Shown: positions 9,842 through 20,764, numbered from the stretch's first letter. The stretch is 64,000 bases of DNA from Candidatus Latescibacterota bacterium (GCA_965248355.1 OZ252098.1:448001-512000), one strand, 5' to 3'. Notes: a model not told the origin generated them from the letters alone. Translations and numbers: made by a program.

Positions 9842-11353
9842 ATGACCCGACGGCTCTTCATCGACGACGGCGACCTCGACCGGATCGACAACCTCGCCCG
9901 CGTCCTGCACCAGCCGCGCAAGTTCCACGGCAACGCCGTGGTTCAACCGGACCGGCGTTGGGACAACTGCGCCATCCAGATCCGCACCACCCCCGCCTGG
10001 GACCCGGAGGCGCAGCGGTTCCACATGATCTACCTGGCCGCCGCCGAGGCCGGCGACGTCGAGTCCCCGGAGGGCGGCCAGAGCTTCGCCTGCTACGCCG
10101 TCTCCGAGGACGGCGTCAACTGGGAGAAGCCGGACCTGGGGCTGTTCGACTACACCGGCCGCGACTGGGCCGGCCGGCCCCTGGGGACCGCCAACAACAT
10201 CCTGCCCACGGCGAAGGGCATGCTCCAGGGACCGATCCACGACGGTGCCGACCCGGACCCGGCGCGGCGGTTCAAGGGCATGCGCAACGACGGCGGCCGC
10301 CTGCAGGCCGCCGTATCCGCCGACTGCCTCCGCTGGGGCGACCTCGAGGGCGCGGCCGTGCCCAGCTTCGACGAGGCCAACCTCACCCACGACGCCGGCC
10401 GCGGCCTGTTCATCGCCACCCCCAAGCAGCGCGGTCCGTACGGGCGCTCCTTCGGCCTGTCCACGAGCCGGGACTTCGGCACCTGGACCGACCCGGAGCT
10501 GATCTTCCACGCCGACCAGCAGGACCAGGAGAACGGCTTCGAGCGCGTGCGCCGGTTCCTCGACGATCCCGCCTACCTGAGGCCGGTCTACAACCGCCCC
10601 GAGGAGTGGCGCACCGACGTCTACAACCTCCCCCTCTTCCCGTACGAGGGGCTCTACCTGGCGCTGCCCGTCATGCACCACTGGATCGGCAAGCACCCGC
10701 CGGGATACGAGAACGTGGACAGCCGCAAGACGGTGGAGCTGGCCTGCAGCCGCGACCTGCGGCAGTGGGAGCGGGTCGCCGGGCGCGCTCCCTTCATGGA
10801 GCTGTCGCCGGTGGGGGACGGGTCGGCGTACGACACGGGACAGCTGGTGGTGACCAACGGCCCCGTGCGGCGCAACGACGAGTTGTGGTTCTACTACACG
10901 GGCCTGCGCTACCGCAGCCAGAGTTTCCACGACATGGCGCACCGCGGATCCCTCGACACCTCGGCCGTCTGTCTGGCGAGGCTGCGCATGGACGGCTTCG
11001 TCGGCCTGAGGGGCGGCGTCGAGTGGGGCTCGGTCACTTCGGCGCCCCTGCAGGTCGACGGACCCGCCCTGCACGTCAACGCCGACGCCTGGCGCGGCCG
11101 GGTGCAGGCGGAACTGCTCGACCCCGGCACCGGCCAGGCCATCGAGGGCTTCGCGCGGCAGGACATCCGCCCGCTGATGGCGGACCGCACCGACGAGCTC
11201 CTGTCGTGGCAGGGCGGCCCCTCTCTGACGGCGCTGCGGGGCCGCACCCTGCAAGTCCGCTTCCACCTGTGGCAGGCGGAACTCTTCTCCTTCTGGTTCG
11301 GGGACCTCTCGGCGGCGTCCGAGGGGAATGAACAGAGCAATCGGGTGGTCTAA
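9842..11353 (+). CDS. Hypothetical protein, glycoside hydrolase (GH32/43-like) five-bladed beta-propeller fold
   Basis: RRLFIDD start, CYAVSEDGVNWEKPDLG, LSTSRDFGTW, ELACSRDLRQW, ELWFYYTG, LRMDGFV. RBS AAGGAG. Confidence 0.65.
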   Translation: MTRRLFIDDGDLDRIDNLARVLHQPRKFHGNAVVQPDRRWDNCAIQIRTTPAWDPEAQRFHMIYLAAAEAGDVESPEGGQSFACYAVSEDGVNWEKPDLGLFDYTGRDWAGRPLGTANNILPTAKGMLQGPIHDGADPDPARRFKGMRNDGGRLQAAVSADCLRWGDLEGAAVPSFDEANLTHDAGRGLFIATPKQRGPYGRSFGLSTSRDFGTWTDPELIFHADQQDQENGFERVRRFLDDPAYLRPVYNRPEEWRTDVYNLPLFPYEGLYLALPVMHHWIGKHPPGYENVDSRKTVELACSRDLRQWERVAGRAPFMELSPVGDGSAYDTGQLVVTNGPVRRNDELWFYYTGLRYRSQSFHDMAHRGSLDTSAVCLARLRMDGFVGLRGGVEWGSVTSAPLQVDGPALHVNADAWRGRVQAELLDPGTGQAIEGFARQDIRPLMADRTDELLSWQGGPSLTALRGRTLQVRFHLWQAELFSFWFGDLSAASEGNEQSNRVV

Positions 11354-11402
11354 TCGGCGGTAGAAGAGAAGCCAACCAACCACCCAACGCGGAGAACGCA
11401 GC

Positions 11403-12011
11403 ATGAAGAAGAGATGGATCGTTTCGGCCGGCGTCGCCCTGACCCTCGGCGCGGTGGCCGCCGTGGCCATGGCCGAGCGCGGGGAAGAGATGCGGGAGCA
11501 CAGGCAGCCCATGCCGTGGATCCTGGGTCGTCTGGACCTGACCGATGAGCAGAAGGAGCAACTGCAGGAGCTGCGCGGGAAGCACCAGAAGGCCCGGCGC
11601 GAGCACCGCGAGACCATGGCCGCCATGGGCAAGGAGCAGCGTGAAGCCGTGATGGGCCTCCTCACCGAGGAGCAGCAGGAAACCCTCGGGGAGATGCGCG
11701 GCCGGTTCTTCGACCGGCGCGGCGGCATGGGCAGAGATCGGTGCGACATGCGGCGCGGCGGCAGGGGCTGGGGTCGGGATGACATGCGGCGTGGCGGCAT
11801 GGGCCAGTTCTCGAGGCTGGACCTGACCGACGAGCAGAAGGAACGGCTCGAGGACCTGCGCACGGAGCACCGCACGGAGATGCGCGAAACCCGCAACAAT
11901 CACCGCAGGGCCCTGGAGAGCGTCCTGACCGACGAGCAGCGCCAGGAGCTCGAAGCGATGAAGGACGAGGCGTTCTACGGCGGCGGCCGCCGCTGGCGCG
12001 GCAAGCGGTAG
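11403..12011 (+). CDS. Spy/CpxP-like periplasmic chaperone
   Basis: Signal peptide and four LTxEQ motifs (LDLTDEQK twice, LLTEEQQ, VLTDEQR). Confidence 0.8.
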   Translation: MKKRWIVSAGVALTLGAVAAVAMAERGEEMREHRQPMPWILGRLDLTDEQKEQLQELRGKHQKARREHRETMAAMGKEQREAVMGLLTEEQQETLGEMRGRFFDRRGGMGRDRCDMRRGGRGWGRDDMRRGGMGQFSRLDLTDEQKERLEDLRTEHRTEMRETRNNHRRALESVLTDEQRQELEAMKDEAFYGGGRRWRGKR

Positions 12012-12018
12012 GCGCCGG

Positions 12019-12882
12019 CTACCCCTTCCCCGCCCGACCCATCACCCCCCGGTGCGGCTCCCGCCCGCCGGCGCCGCGGGCGAACTGCGGAAAGAGCTCG
12101 TCGTGGATCTCCACGGGCTGGCGCAGGTGGTCCATGCGCCGCTCGTCGGCGGTGTCGAGCATCGTGGGGAAGAACATGCCGGCGCCCGTGTCCAGGCCGT
12201 ACCCCCCCGGCGAGTGTACGGAGATGTACTTGCGGGCCAGCTCCTGCTCCTCCGGCTTGGCGGCGCGGCGGATGCAGTTCATGGTGAACATGCGCCGCTG
12301 CCGGCCGCCGCCGAAGGAGGCGTGGTAGAGGTCGTGGTTGAAGATCGCCACGTCGCCCGGGCTCGACTCCAGGGCCACGCTGCCCGGGAACTCGCTCGGC
12401 GGCACCCCGAAGAGGGCCTCTGAGTCGCGCGGATTGACGCCCTCGGCGCGCAGGTAGTGATCGGGGAGGTGGCTGCCGGGGATGACCCGCAGGCAGCCGC
12501 TGTCGGCGCTCACCTCGTCCAGGTAGAAGGCGGTCTTGGTCGCCCACAGGCGGCCCCAGTTCCCGTCCGGATGCCAGTGGGTGTCGCCCACGTAGTAGTT
12601 GCCGTCACCTCCGCAGTAGCTGAAGTCGTCGCCGATCACGCCGCCGATCAGCCCGAGCAGGCCCGGATGGTCGAGGAGGGCGCACATCTGCGGCGCGTGC
12701 TCGATGGGGCCGCCGAACATGGTGCGCTTCGTGCCGTCGTGGTCGCCGCCGCCGCCCCAGTTGCGGATCGACCACTCGAAGCCCTCCGTGACCCGCTCGA
12801 CCTCCTCGGGGCTCAACAGTTGGCGGACTACCAGGTAGCCGAAGGCGTGGAAGAACCGTGTTTGCTGCTCGGTCAGTTGCAT
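12019..12882 (-). CDS. Phytanoyl-CoA dioxygenase (PhyH) family Fe/2OG oxygenase
   Basis: FFHAFGYLVVRQLL, WHPD (HxD), GCLRVIPGSH, PGDVAIFNHDLYH. Confidence 0.9.
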   Translation of the reverse strand: MQLTEQQTRFFHAFGYLVVRQLLSPEEVERVTEGFEWSIRNWGGGGDHDGTKRTMFGGPIEHAPQMCALLDHPGLLGLIGGVIGDDFSYCGGDGNYYVGDTHWHPDGNWGRLWATKTAFYLDEVSADSGCLRVIPGSHLPDHYLRAEGVNPRDSEALFGVPPSEFPGSVALESSPGDVAIFNHDLYHASFGGGRQRRMFTMNCIRRAAKPEEQELARKYISVHSPGGYGLDTGAGMFFPTMLDTADERRMDHLRQPVEIHDELFPQFARGAGGREPHRGVMGRAGKG

Positions 12883-12958
12883 GTCGGCACTCCGGAAAAG
12901 CAGGTGAGGGTGGGGGTCTGGGATGAGCTCCGGCCGGCCCGGCCGGGAAGCAGCGTCG

Positions 12959-14578
12959 TCAGCCGGCGCTGCAGGGGCAGCCGGCTTGCTGCGCCTGCGA
13001 GGCCGATGGCCGGCGGAGGGCCGGCAGCAGGGGCCAGCCGAATCCCTCGACGACGCGCCGCAGGGCCGGATCGCCCGCGGAAAGGGCGGGAAGATACTCG
13101 CCCAGCCGCCGGCGCCGCCACCAGCCCGCTTCGCCGGCCGGGGCGAACTCGTACTCGTAGAGATCGGCGCGGATGCGGCGCGGGGCCCGACCGTCGAAGG
13201 GGTCCTCGGCGAGCAGGGAGAGGGCCCCCGGATCGGCGTGGAGCAGCTTGTACACGAGGTGGACCAGCCACGGCTGGGTCCGGTAGTCGGCCATGGCGGC
13301 GAACCAGATCTGCCAGTCGAGGCGGTAGTGGTAGGGCGAGACCACGCAGGGCCGGCGGGAGGGGTTGCCGGGCTTGCAGGGGAAGGAGTACTCGCGCCAG
13401 TCGGCCCCAGCGGCCCCGGGCTCGTCGAGGGTGCCCAGCAGGACCACCTCGCGCCGCACCTTCCCCACGTGTCCGAAGGCGCCGTAGGTGTTGACCAGGC
13501 GCAGCCGGTCGTAGGAGGTGTTCATGACCTGGCGGGAGGACAGCATGTTGGCCGCGGGCGCCGCGCTGAGCAGGATCACCACCCCAGCCAGCGCGCCCAC
13601 GGCCAGCCGGCGTCCCCGGCCCGGCGCCCGGGCCGCCTCCCTCTCCCTGTCCAGCAACGCCTTCAGGCTCCGGGGCGCGAGTCGCCGGAGCCAGGCGTCG
13701 TCGAAGCACGGCAGGCACAGGGCGATGGTCAGGTAGTTGAGCCAGGACAGGTTGCCGCTGGCGATGAGCACCACTTGGAAGGCGACGATCAGCAGGCCGG
13801 CGAGGCGGCGCAGCCGCACCGTCCCAAAGAGGAGCAGGGGAGCCGCCACCTCCACGAGGTGGTTGAAGACCACCCCGGCGCGGTGCACGAGCCCGGGCAG
13901 CAGGTGCAGGTACGGGCTCAGGGGGTTGGGGATCGGCTGGGTCTCGTAGTGGTGGAGCAGGCAGGTCAGGTCGCTCCAGCACGGGTCGCCGCGAAGCTTG
14001 ATCAGCCCGGCGCCGAAGACCACGCGGAAGAGCAGCCAGCGCAGCAGCCATAGCACGGCGCGGTCCGGGGGGACGGCGTGGCGCCAGCCGCCGCGGCCGA
14101 AGGGGCACAGGAAGACGGCCAGGAAGCCGGTCTCGAGGGTGAGGATCTCCCAGCCGTACCCGTAGAACAACTGACCGGCGTTGACGAAGGAGGAGTACAG
14201 GACCCACAGGAGCAGCAGGTGAGGTCCGGAGGCGTAGCCGGCCAGCAGCAGCAGGGACCCGGCAAAGCCGAGCCAGGCGAGGCCGGCGAGGAAGCCGTCG
14301 GCCGTGCTGATCCACAGCAGCGACGGCACCTCCAGCCAGGGCGCCGCGGCGGAGGCCGCGGCCCTTTCGAGGTAGAGGCGCGCCGGCAGCAGGCCGCCGT
14401 CTCCGATCAGCGGACCGGCCTGCCGCGCCGACACCAGGAAGGCGATGGCGTAGACCAGCCCGAGGAGGCGCAGGAAGAGCCAGCGCGTCAGCCGGTACTC
14501 GGTGCCGGGCGGATCGAGGGCGCTTCCGAGGCGCCGGACGGCGGCGCTCAGCCGGCGGGCCCATCCATGACGGTCCAT
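12959..14578 (-). CDS. Lipase maturation factor (LMF) family membrane protein
   Basis: [67 protein letters not shown]. The start at 14578 is estimated. Confidence 0.88.
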   Translation of the reverse strand: MDRHGWARRLSAAVRRLGSALDPPGTEYRLTRWLFLRLLGLVYAIAFLVSARQAGPLIGDGGLLPARLYLERAAASAAAPWLEVPSLLWISTADGFLAGLAWLGFAGSLLLLAGYASGPHLLLLWVLYSSFVNAGQLFYGYGWEILTLETGFLAVFLCPFGRGGWRHAVPPDRAVLWLLRWLLFRVVFGAGLIKLRGDPCWSDLTCLLHHYETQPIPNPLSPYLHLLPGLVHRAGVVFNHLVEVAAPLLLFGTVRLRRLAGLLIVAFQVVLIASGNLSWLNYLTIALCLPCFDDAWLRRLAPRSLKALLDREREAARAPGRGRRLAVGALAGVVILLSAAPAANMLSSRQVMNTSYDRLRLVNTYGAFGHVGKVRREVVLLGTLDEPGAAGADWREYSFPCKPGNPSRRPCVVSPYHYRLDWQIWFAAMADYRTQPWLVHLVYKLLHADPGALSLLAEDPFDGRAPRRIRADLYEYEFAPAGEAGWWRRRRLGEYLPALSAGDPALRRVVEGFGWPLLPALRRPSASQAQQAGCPCSAG

Positions 14579-14645
14579 ATGGCGGGGGGCACGGGTCGGG
14601 CTACCTTGACGCGGCCAACGATAACCCCCGCGCACCGCCCATCCA

Positions 14646-15645
14646 ATGGCGGAGGGAGCCCCCGTCATCCCCACCGGCGCCCTGGACCGCCGAGGCACGT
14701 GGCGCACCTTCGGCCTGGCCGACGGCCTCGCCGGCGTGCGCGCCGAGCACATCGCCGAGGACGGCCGGGGCGACCTGTGGTTCGCCACCCTCAGCGGCGT
14801 CTGCTGGTACGACGGCCGCAGGTTCCACCATCCCGGCGGCGAGGGCACGGCCAACCGGCCGGTGCAGTTCCTCTTCGAGGACGGCCAGTCCCGCCTCTGG
14901 TGCGCCGGCACCGGGACCCTGGGGTACTTCCACGACGACGAGTACCACGACCTCGTGCCGAGGTACGTGGAGCGCTACGGACAGCCTCCGTCGCCGCGCT
15001 GGACCAACCAGTGCTGGGGGATCGCCCAGGACGGGCGGGGCGACCTCTGGTTCGCCTTCGATCACCTGGTCCGCTACGACGGGCGCAGCTTCAACCGCTA
15101 CGCAGAGGCGGAGGGCCTGCCGCCGGACGCCAGCTGCTACGCCATCGGGCAGGACCCCGCCGGATGCCTGTGGATCGGTCGCGCCGGGGACCGGGAGCGG
15201 ATCTGGAGGTTCGCCGACGGCTCCTTCGAGCCGGTGGCCGTGGACCTGCCGGGCAGCCTGCGCAAGATCCAGTGCGACCGCGACGGCCGCATGTGGCTGT
15301 GCACCTCCGGCGGCGCCCTCTACCAGACCGAGGCCGGCTTCGATCGCGTCACCACCGGCGACGGGTTGCCCTACCCCGTGGTCAACGCCGTCTTCCAGGA
15401 CCCCGACCGGCAGCACTGGTTCGCCACCTGGGGCGGCGGCGTCGCCCAGGGCCGGGCAGCTGCTGGTGGGCCAAGGAGAACGGGACCACGGCCCGCAGGG
15501 AGGAGCTCTTCGCCAGCGCCCTGCAGATCGTGCGCCGCCAGGGGCAGCGGTTCGTCACCGTCTTCCGGGAGGAGGACAAGGAGGACCCCTTCAACCACAT
15601 CGGCGCCCTGGTGGCGGCCCGCAACGGCGAGCTGTGGTACGCCCG
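14646..15645 (+). pseudogene. Truncated and frameshifted two-component-regulator-propeller (ligand-binding sensor) protein
   Basis: [50 protein letters not shown] repeats. The frame breaks at ~15450; a further propeller-like fragment ([10 protein letters not shown]...NGELWY) lies in another frame. No signalling domain follows. Confidence 0.7.
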
Positions 15646-15981
15646 GCCTACGGCGACGACCTGCGCCTGGCGCGCCTGCACCCGGAGGACCTCGAGACGA
15701 TCCGCACCATCGCCGCCCGCGGCGTGCCCGTGGTCGCCGTCCTGGTCTCGGGACGGCCCCTGTGCATCGGCCCCGAGCTGGAGGCGTGCGCCGCCTTCGT
15801 CGCCGCCTGGCTGCCGGGCTCCGAGGGCCAGGGGGTGGCTGACGTGCTCTTCGGCGATCACGACTTCCGGGGCCGGCTGTCCTTCTCCTGGCCGCGTGAT
15901 CCGGGGCAGAACCCGAACCGGGGCGATTCTCCCTTCGATCCGCTGTTCCCGTACGGCTTCGGCCTGTCCTATACTGGGTAG
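15646..15981 (+). pseudogene. C-terminal fragment of a GH3 beta-glucosidase
   Basis: [12 protein letters not shown]...[28 protein letters not shown]...[11 protein letters not shown] is the GH3 C-terminal domain. The catalytic N-terminal barrel and a start codon are absent. Confidence 0.8.
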
Positions 15982-16057
15982 GGCCTCGCCCGCTGCGCGA
16001 CGTCAAACGGGCAGGATCGGCAACCACTACATCTGCAGGCAAGAGGAGGTACGGAGG

Positions 16058-16723
16058 ATGCCCGAGCCCAGGGTGCTGATGGTCTACGGCGGCTGGGATG
16101 GACACCAGCCGAAGCAGTGCGTCGACATCTTCGCGCCGCTGCTGCAGGAGGCGGGCTGGGAGGTGATCCTGTCCGACACCATGGACAGCTACCTCGACGC
16201 GGAGCTGATGGGCTCCCTCGGCCTGGTGGTGCCCTGCTGGACCATGGGCACCATCGAGGGCGAGCAGGAGCGGGGGCTGATGCAGGCGGTGGAGGGCGGC
16301 GTCGGCCTCGGGGGCTGGCACGGCGGCCTGTGCGACGCCTTCCGCGGCAACTGCAGCTACCAGATGATGACGGGCGGGCAGTTCGTGGGCCATCCGGACG
16401 GCGTCAAGGACTACACCGTCGACATCGCCGCCCCCGGCGATCCCATCGTGCAGGGGATGGACGACTTCCGCATGCACTCGGAGCAGTACTACATGCACGT
16501 CGATCCCGGCAACGAGGTGCTGGCCACGACGACCTTCGACGCCCGCAGCGCGCCGTGGGTCAACGGCACGGTGATGCCCGTGGTCTGGAAACGGGTCTGG
16601 GCGGAGGGCAGGGTGTTCTTCTCGTCCCTGGGCCACGTGGCCGCCGACTTCGCGGTGCCCGAGGCCAGGGAGATCCAGCGCCGCGGCCTGCTGTGGGCCG
16701 CACGGACGGAGGAGGAAACATGA
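16058..16723 (+). CDS. ThuA domain (class I glutamine amidotransferase-like) protein
   Basis: [58 protein letters not shown]. Confidence 0.88.
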   Translation: MPEPRVLMVYGGWDGHQPKQCVDIFAPLLQEAGWEVILSDTMDSYLDAELMGSLGLVVPCWTMGTIEGEQERGLMQAVEGGVGLGGWHGGLCDAFRGNCSYQMMTGGQFVGHPDGVKDYTVDIAAPGDPIVQGMDDFRMHSEQYYMHVDPGNEVLATTTFDARSAPWVNGTVMPVVWKRVWAEGRVFFSSLGHVAADFAVPEAREIQRRGLLWAARTEEET

Positions 16724-17193
16724 ATCAACGACGCGTGAAAAGTCCCGCTCTGGTGGTGGCGGTCCTCGTGGCCGGCGGCCTGTGGTCCGGCGGCCCCTGG
16801 ACCGGCGGCGCCGAGGCCCGCGGCTTCCGGGGGGCCATGGTCCCCAACGCCGAAGCCGTGGGCGCCGGCTGCAACCTCTGCCACGTCTCCGGCGGCGGCA
16901 CGCCCCGCAACGAGTTCGGGCTGGACGTGGAGGCCCTGGTCACGGCCAACGGCCGCGAGGTCTTCTGGAGCCCGGAGCTGGCCGCCCTCGACTCCGATGG
17001 CGACGGCTCCACCAACGGCGAGGAGCTGGGCGATCCCGAAGGGACCTGGACGGCCGGCGATCCGGCCCCCGGCGAGGTCGACCAGGTCACCCATCCCGGC
17101 GACGCGGAGAGCCGGCCCCCCGAAGCCGTGGCCACCGCCGTCAGCAGATCGGCCTGGGCGCGGATCAAGGCCCTGGTCGGAGCCGCCCCCTGA
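16720..17193 (+). CDS. Small secreted protein with CxxCH heme motif, temptin-like DSDGDG module and TAV..S.W..IK tail
   Basis: ATGA overlap with the ThuA gene, signal peptide ending [28 protein letters not shown]-terminal [15 protein letters not shown]. Confidence 0.75.
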   Translation: MNQRRVKSPALVVAVLVAGGLWSGGPWTGGAEARGFRGAMVPNAEAVGAGCNLCHVSGGGTPRNEFGLDVEALVTANGREVFWSPELAALDSDGDGSTNGEELGDPEGTWTAGDPAPGEVDQVTHPGDAESRPPEAVATAVSRSAWARIKALVGAAP

Positions 17194-17235
17194 CGAGGAG
17201 CAGGCCCCGAACCTGACGGATCCGGGTCCGTCCCT

Positions 17236-17943
17236 TCACAGGCCCAGGGGGAGCTGGCCGTGGTCCTCCGGCGGCGGCGGCTCCACCTCCTCGATCAGGG
17301 CGGGGTCGTCTTCATCCGGCCGGTTCACCCGCGGTGAGACGGGATGGGCCACGAGGTCCCCGAGGGGGTAGGGCCGCAGCAGGCGCGACAAGGTCTCCGG
17401 GTCGTCGAGCTCCCGGTCCAGCCAGACCTCGCAGGCCTCTGGCGTAAGGATCGCCGGCATGCGGTCGTGGACGGTGGCGGCCACCTCGTCGGGCTCGGTG
17501 GTGAGGATGGCGCAGGTGCGCAGCACGGCGTCGTCGGACCTCTTCCAGCGCTCGTAGAGGCCGGCCATCGCGAAGGGCTCGCCGCCCCGCCGCCGCAGGA
17601 GCATGGGGAGGCGCTGACGGCCCCGGCGCTTCCATTCGAACCAGCCGCTGGCCGGGATCAGGCAGCGCCCCCGGGCGAAGGCGCTGCGGAAGGCCGGCCG
17701 GGTGGCCGCCGACTCGGCGCGGGCGTTGATCATGCGGTGGCCCACGGCCGGGTCCCGGGCCCAGGAGGGCACCAGGCCCCACTGCAGCTCGGCCAGCACG
17801 CGGCTCTCGCGCTGGATCACCGCCGCCACCGGCTGGGAGGGGGCGATGTTGTAGCGCGGTTGCAGCTCCAGCAGGGTCTGCTCCACGGCGAAGCGTTCCG
17901 CCACTTCCTCGGTGGCGTGATGGAGGATGAAGCGCCCGCACAT
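17236..17943 (-). CDS. SOS response-associated peptidase (SRAP, YedK/HMCES family)
   Basis: MCGRF N-terminus, PRYNIAPSQ, WGLVPSW, INARAE, HDRMPAIL. Confidence 0.95.
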   Translation of the reverse strand: MCGRFILHHATEEVAERFAVEQTLLELQPRYNIAPSQPVAAVIQRESRVLAELQWGLVPSWARDPAVGHRMINARAESAATRPAFRSAFARGRCLIPASGWFEWKRRGRQRLPMLLRRRGGEPFAMAGLYERWKRSDDAVLRTCAILTTEPDEVAATVHDRMPAILTPEACEVWLDRELDDPETLSRLLRPYPLGDLVAHPVSPRVNRPDEDDPALIEEVEPPPPEDHGQLPLGL

Positions 17944-18054
17944 GCCGGTACGTTAACGGCCGGGCGGAAGCGGAGCCAGGAACCCCCGCCCCTGCGATCC
18001 GGTTGGGGCCCCTCGAGCGGTTGCCTACTCTCTCCGCACCCCGCAGGAGCTTCC

Positions 18055-18747
18055 ATGGATCGCGAGCCCGCCCAGCTGGTGGAGCACCTCGGCCGGCACG
18101 TCACCCCCCGCCGCCTGCGCCGCATGCGGGCGGTCCTGGCCGAGCGCACGCGCTGGATCACCGTGGTTCTCGAGGAGGTCTACCAGCCCCACAACGCCAG
18201 CGCCGTGCTGCGCTCGTGCGAGTGCTTCGGCGCCCAGGAGGTCCACGTCGTGGAGGAGCGCAACGAGTTCCGGGCCAGCCGCGACGTGGCCCTGGGCGCG
18301 GCCCGGTGGCTCGACGTGGTCCGCTGGAAGGCCGGCGAAGCCCCGGCCATCGAGCGCTGTTGCGACGATCTCGCCGCCCGGGGGTACCGGCTGGTGGCGG
18401 CCACCCCCGCGGACGACGCGGCGTCCGTGGACGACTTCGACCCCTGCCGGGGGCCGATGGCGGTGCTCTTCGGCACCGAGATGGAGGGGCTCACCCCGGA
18501 AGCTCTCGGGCGCTGCCGGGAGAGGATCCGCATTCCCATGGTGGGGTTCACGGAGAGCCTCAACATCTCCGTGAGCGCCGCCCTCGTGCTGCGGGAGCTG
18601 ACCCGCCGCCTGCGCCAGGGGGCCGTCGACTGGCGCCTGGGGGAAGCGGAGCGGGAAGAGCTGCTCCTCCGGTGGCTGCGCGGCAGCATCAACGGGAGCG
18701 AGGAGATCGTGGAGCGCTTTCGACAACAACAGGGGAGGACGCAATGA
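18055..18747 (+). CDS. trmH: TrmH/SpoU family RNA 2'-O-methyltransferase
   Basis: PHNASAVLRSCECFG, FGTEMEGL, IPMVGFTESLNISVSAA. RBS AGGAG. Confidence 0.88.
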   Translation: MDREPAQLVEHLGRHVTPRRLRRMRAVLAERTRWITVVLEEVYQPHNASAVLRSCECFGAQEVHVVEERNEFRASRDVALGAARWLDVVRWKAGEAPAIERCCDDLAARGYRLVAATPADDAASVDDFDPCRGPMAVLFGTEMEGLTPEALGRCRERIRIPMVGFTESLNISVSAALVLRELTRRLRQGAVDWRLGEAEREELLLRWLRGSINGSEEIVERFRQQQGRTQ

Positions 18748-18835
18748 AGAGCGCAGGCCTGAGGCGCCGGCCGCCCACGGACCCCCTGCCCCCCGTGGGG
18801 AGGGCCGCCGGGCGGTCGCTTCGCGGGGGCTCGAC

Positions 18836-20032
18836 GTGAGCGGCGCCCTGACGCGGGAGCAGCAGGCCGCCGTCGCCGCCGCCGTGGACGAGGAGGCCCT
18901 GGCCGCCGACACCCTGGCCTTCATCGAGGTGGTCAGCGAGACCGGACAGGAGGGGGAGGGAAGCCGCTTTCTCGAGGGGCTCCTGCGCCGCCAGGGGTTC
19001 CACGTGGAGGTCGACGACTTCCTCGGCGGCCGGCCCAACGTGTACGCGCGCCTGGAGGGGACCGGCGGCGGCCGGACCCTGGCCTTCAACGGCCACACCG
19101 ACACGATCCCCGTGGGGGACTGCCACGGCCCGGGACGCGACGGCGACTGGATCCTCGGCCGCGGCGCCGAGGACATGAAGGGGGGCCTCGTGGCCATGGT
19201 CCACGGCGCCGCGGCCCTGCGCCGCGCCGGGGTGCGGCTGGCCGGCGACCTGTGGCTCACCGGCGTGGTCGGCCACGAGACCCCGGTGGGCCGCAAGGAG
19301 GGACCTCGGAGGCTGATCGAGCACTTCCGCTCCGGCCGCCTGCCGGCGGAGGCCGTGATCATCGTCGAGGGGCCCTTTGCCGTGTGGGCGGCCAGCCTCG
19401 GCTCGGCCATGTTCACGATCCGGGCCTTCGCCGACCGCGAGCCGATCCATACGATCAAGGTGGCCTGGCGGGCCAACCCGGTGCGCTGGCTCGGCGCGTT
19501 GCTGTCGGAGCTGGACCGCCTCGAGGCGGAGTACGAGGCCGGCCCTCACCACCCCCTGTGCGGCCGCCGGCAGCTCAACGTCGGCCTGGTGCGCGCCGGC
19601 GACTGGTTCAACCGGCTCCCCGTGGAGTGGCAGGTGACGGGCACCTTCCGGTGGATGCCGGGCACGACGCGGGCCGACGCCGAGGCCGAGCTGGCGGCGG
19701 TCTGCGAGAACCTGGCCGCCGCCTCGGGTCTGCGCTTCGAGGTGGAGCTGGCCAACGACCGGGAGCCCTTCGAGACGCCGGCCGGGCACCCCGTGGTGGA
19801 GGCCCTGCGCGGCGCCGGCGAGAGCGTCACCGGCGAACGCCCGGAGATCGTCGGCATGGGCCTGGTGGGCGACGCCAATCTCTACGCCAACGACGGCGGC
19901 GTGCCCACCGTGTACTTCGGACCGGCCCACGAGACAGCGCACTCCGACGGAGAGCGCGTCTCCGTGGCCCGGCTGGGGCGCTGCGCCCGGGTCTACGCCC
20001 TGGCGGCGCCCGGCTTCTGCGGTCTCTCCTGA
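18836..20032 (+). CDS. M20 family metallopeptidase/deacylase (ArgE/DapE-like)
   Basis: FNGHTDT, GRGAEDMKGG, GHE, FGP...AHSDGE. GTG start. Confidence 0.88.
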   Translation: MSGALTREQQAAVAAAVDEEALAADTLAFIEVVSETGQEGEGSRFLEGLLRRQGFHVEVDDFLGGRPNVYARLEGTGGGRTLAFNGHTDTIPVGDCHGPGRDGDWILGRGAEDMKGGLVAMVHGAAALRRAGVRLAGDLWLTGVVGHETPVGRKEGPRRLIEHFRSGRLPAEAVIIVEGPFAVWAASLGSAMFTIRAFADREPIHTIKVAWRANPVRWLGALLSELDRLEAEYEAGPHHPLCGRRQLNVGLVRAGDWFNRLPVEWQVTGTFRWMPGTTRADAEAELAAVCENLAAASGLRFEVELANDREPFETPAGHPVVEALRGAGESVTGERPEIVGMGLVGDANLYANDGGVPTVYFGPAHETAHSDGERVSVARLGRCARVYALAAPGFCGLS

Positions 20033-20033
20033 C

Positions 20034-20764
20034 ATGCCGACGCTGCTGCGCGGCGGCTCCCTGATCCTGCCGGACCGCGTCGTCGAGGAGGGCGCCCTGC
20101 TCGTCGACGCCGCCGGGGCCGACTTCATGGACGGCACGGACCAGGCCTTCCGCACCACTCCAACGCCACCCTGCCGGAGGTGGAGAGGGCCTGCCTGGAC
20201 TGGGGCGTGGGCCACGTGGACCACCTGTTCTGCGCCATGTCGGACAAGACCAAGCTGCGCCGGGAGTCGCCCTGGCCGATGCGCGCCGGCCTGCTCGAGG
20301 CCACCCTGCTCCTCGACGAGCTGTCCACCGAGGTGATCGCCGACGGCGTCCACCTCGACGCCGGGCTGCTGCGTCTGGCCTGCAAATTGAAGGGGCCGGA
20401 CCGGCTGGCCCTGGTGACCGACTGCAACCGGGCTCTCGACCAGCCGGACGGGGAGTACCGCTTCGGTCCCGCCGCCGGCGGCGAGCCCTTCCTGCGCCGC
20501 GGCGGCGTCTGCGTGCCGCCGGACGGCGGCGGACCGGCCTCCTCCTGCCAGGGCATGGACCACATGATGCGCACCTTCCGCGAGCTGACCGGCGCGCCCC
20601 TGCCCGAGGTGGTGCGCATGGCTTCCCTGACGCCGGCGCGGATCCTGGGGATCGACGCCCGCGTCGGCAGCCTGGAGGCGGGCAAGATCGCCGACCTGCT
20701 GGTCCTCGACGAGGGGCTCCGGGTGGAGCGCGTCTTCCTCCAGGGGCGCGAGATCCACGACTAG
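20034..20764 (+). pseudogene. nagA: N-acetylglucosamine-6-phosphate deacetylase remnant with two internal deletions
   Basis: N-terminus LRGGSLILPDRV, then directly GADFMDGT (the PGFID.H.HG block is missing), then an out-of-frame jump to HSNAT...HLFCAM, IADGVH, LVTD, ASLTPARILG, GSLEAGKIADL (the HLEGP block is missing). Confidence 0.82.

Noticed and set aside
14078-16057. 881-aa ORF 14078..16723 as one protein
   Set aside because: Only the last 221 codons (ThuA, from ATG 16058 with RBS) and a short propeller fragment look like protein. The rest is off-frame sequence.
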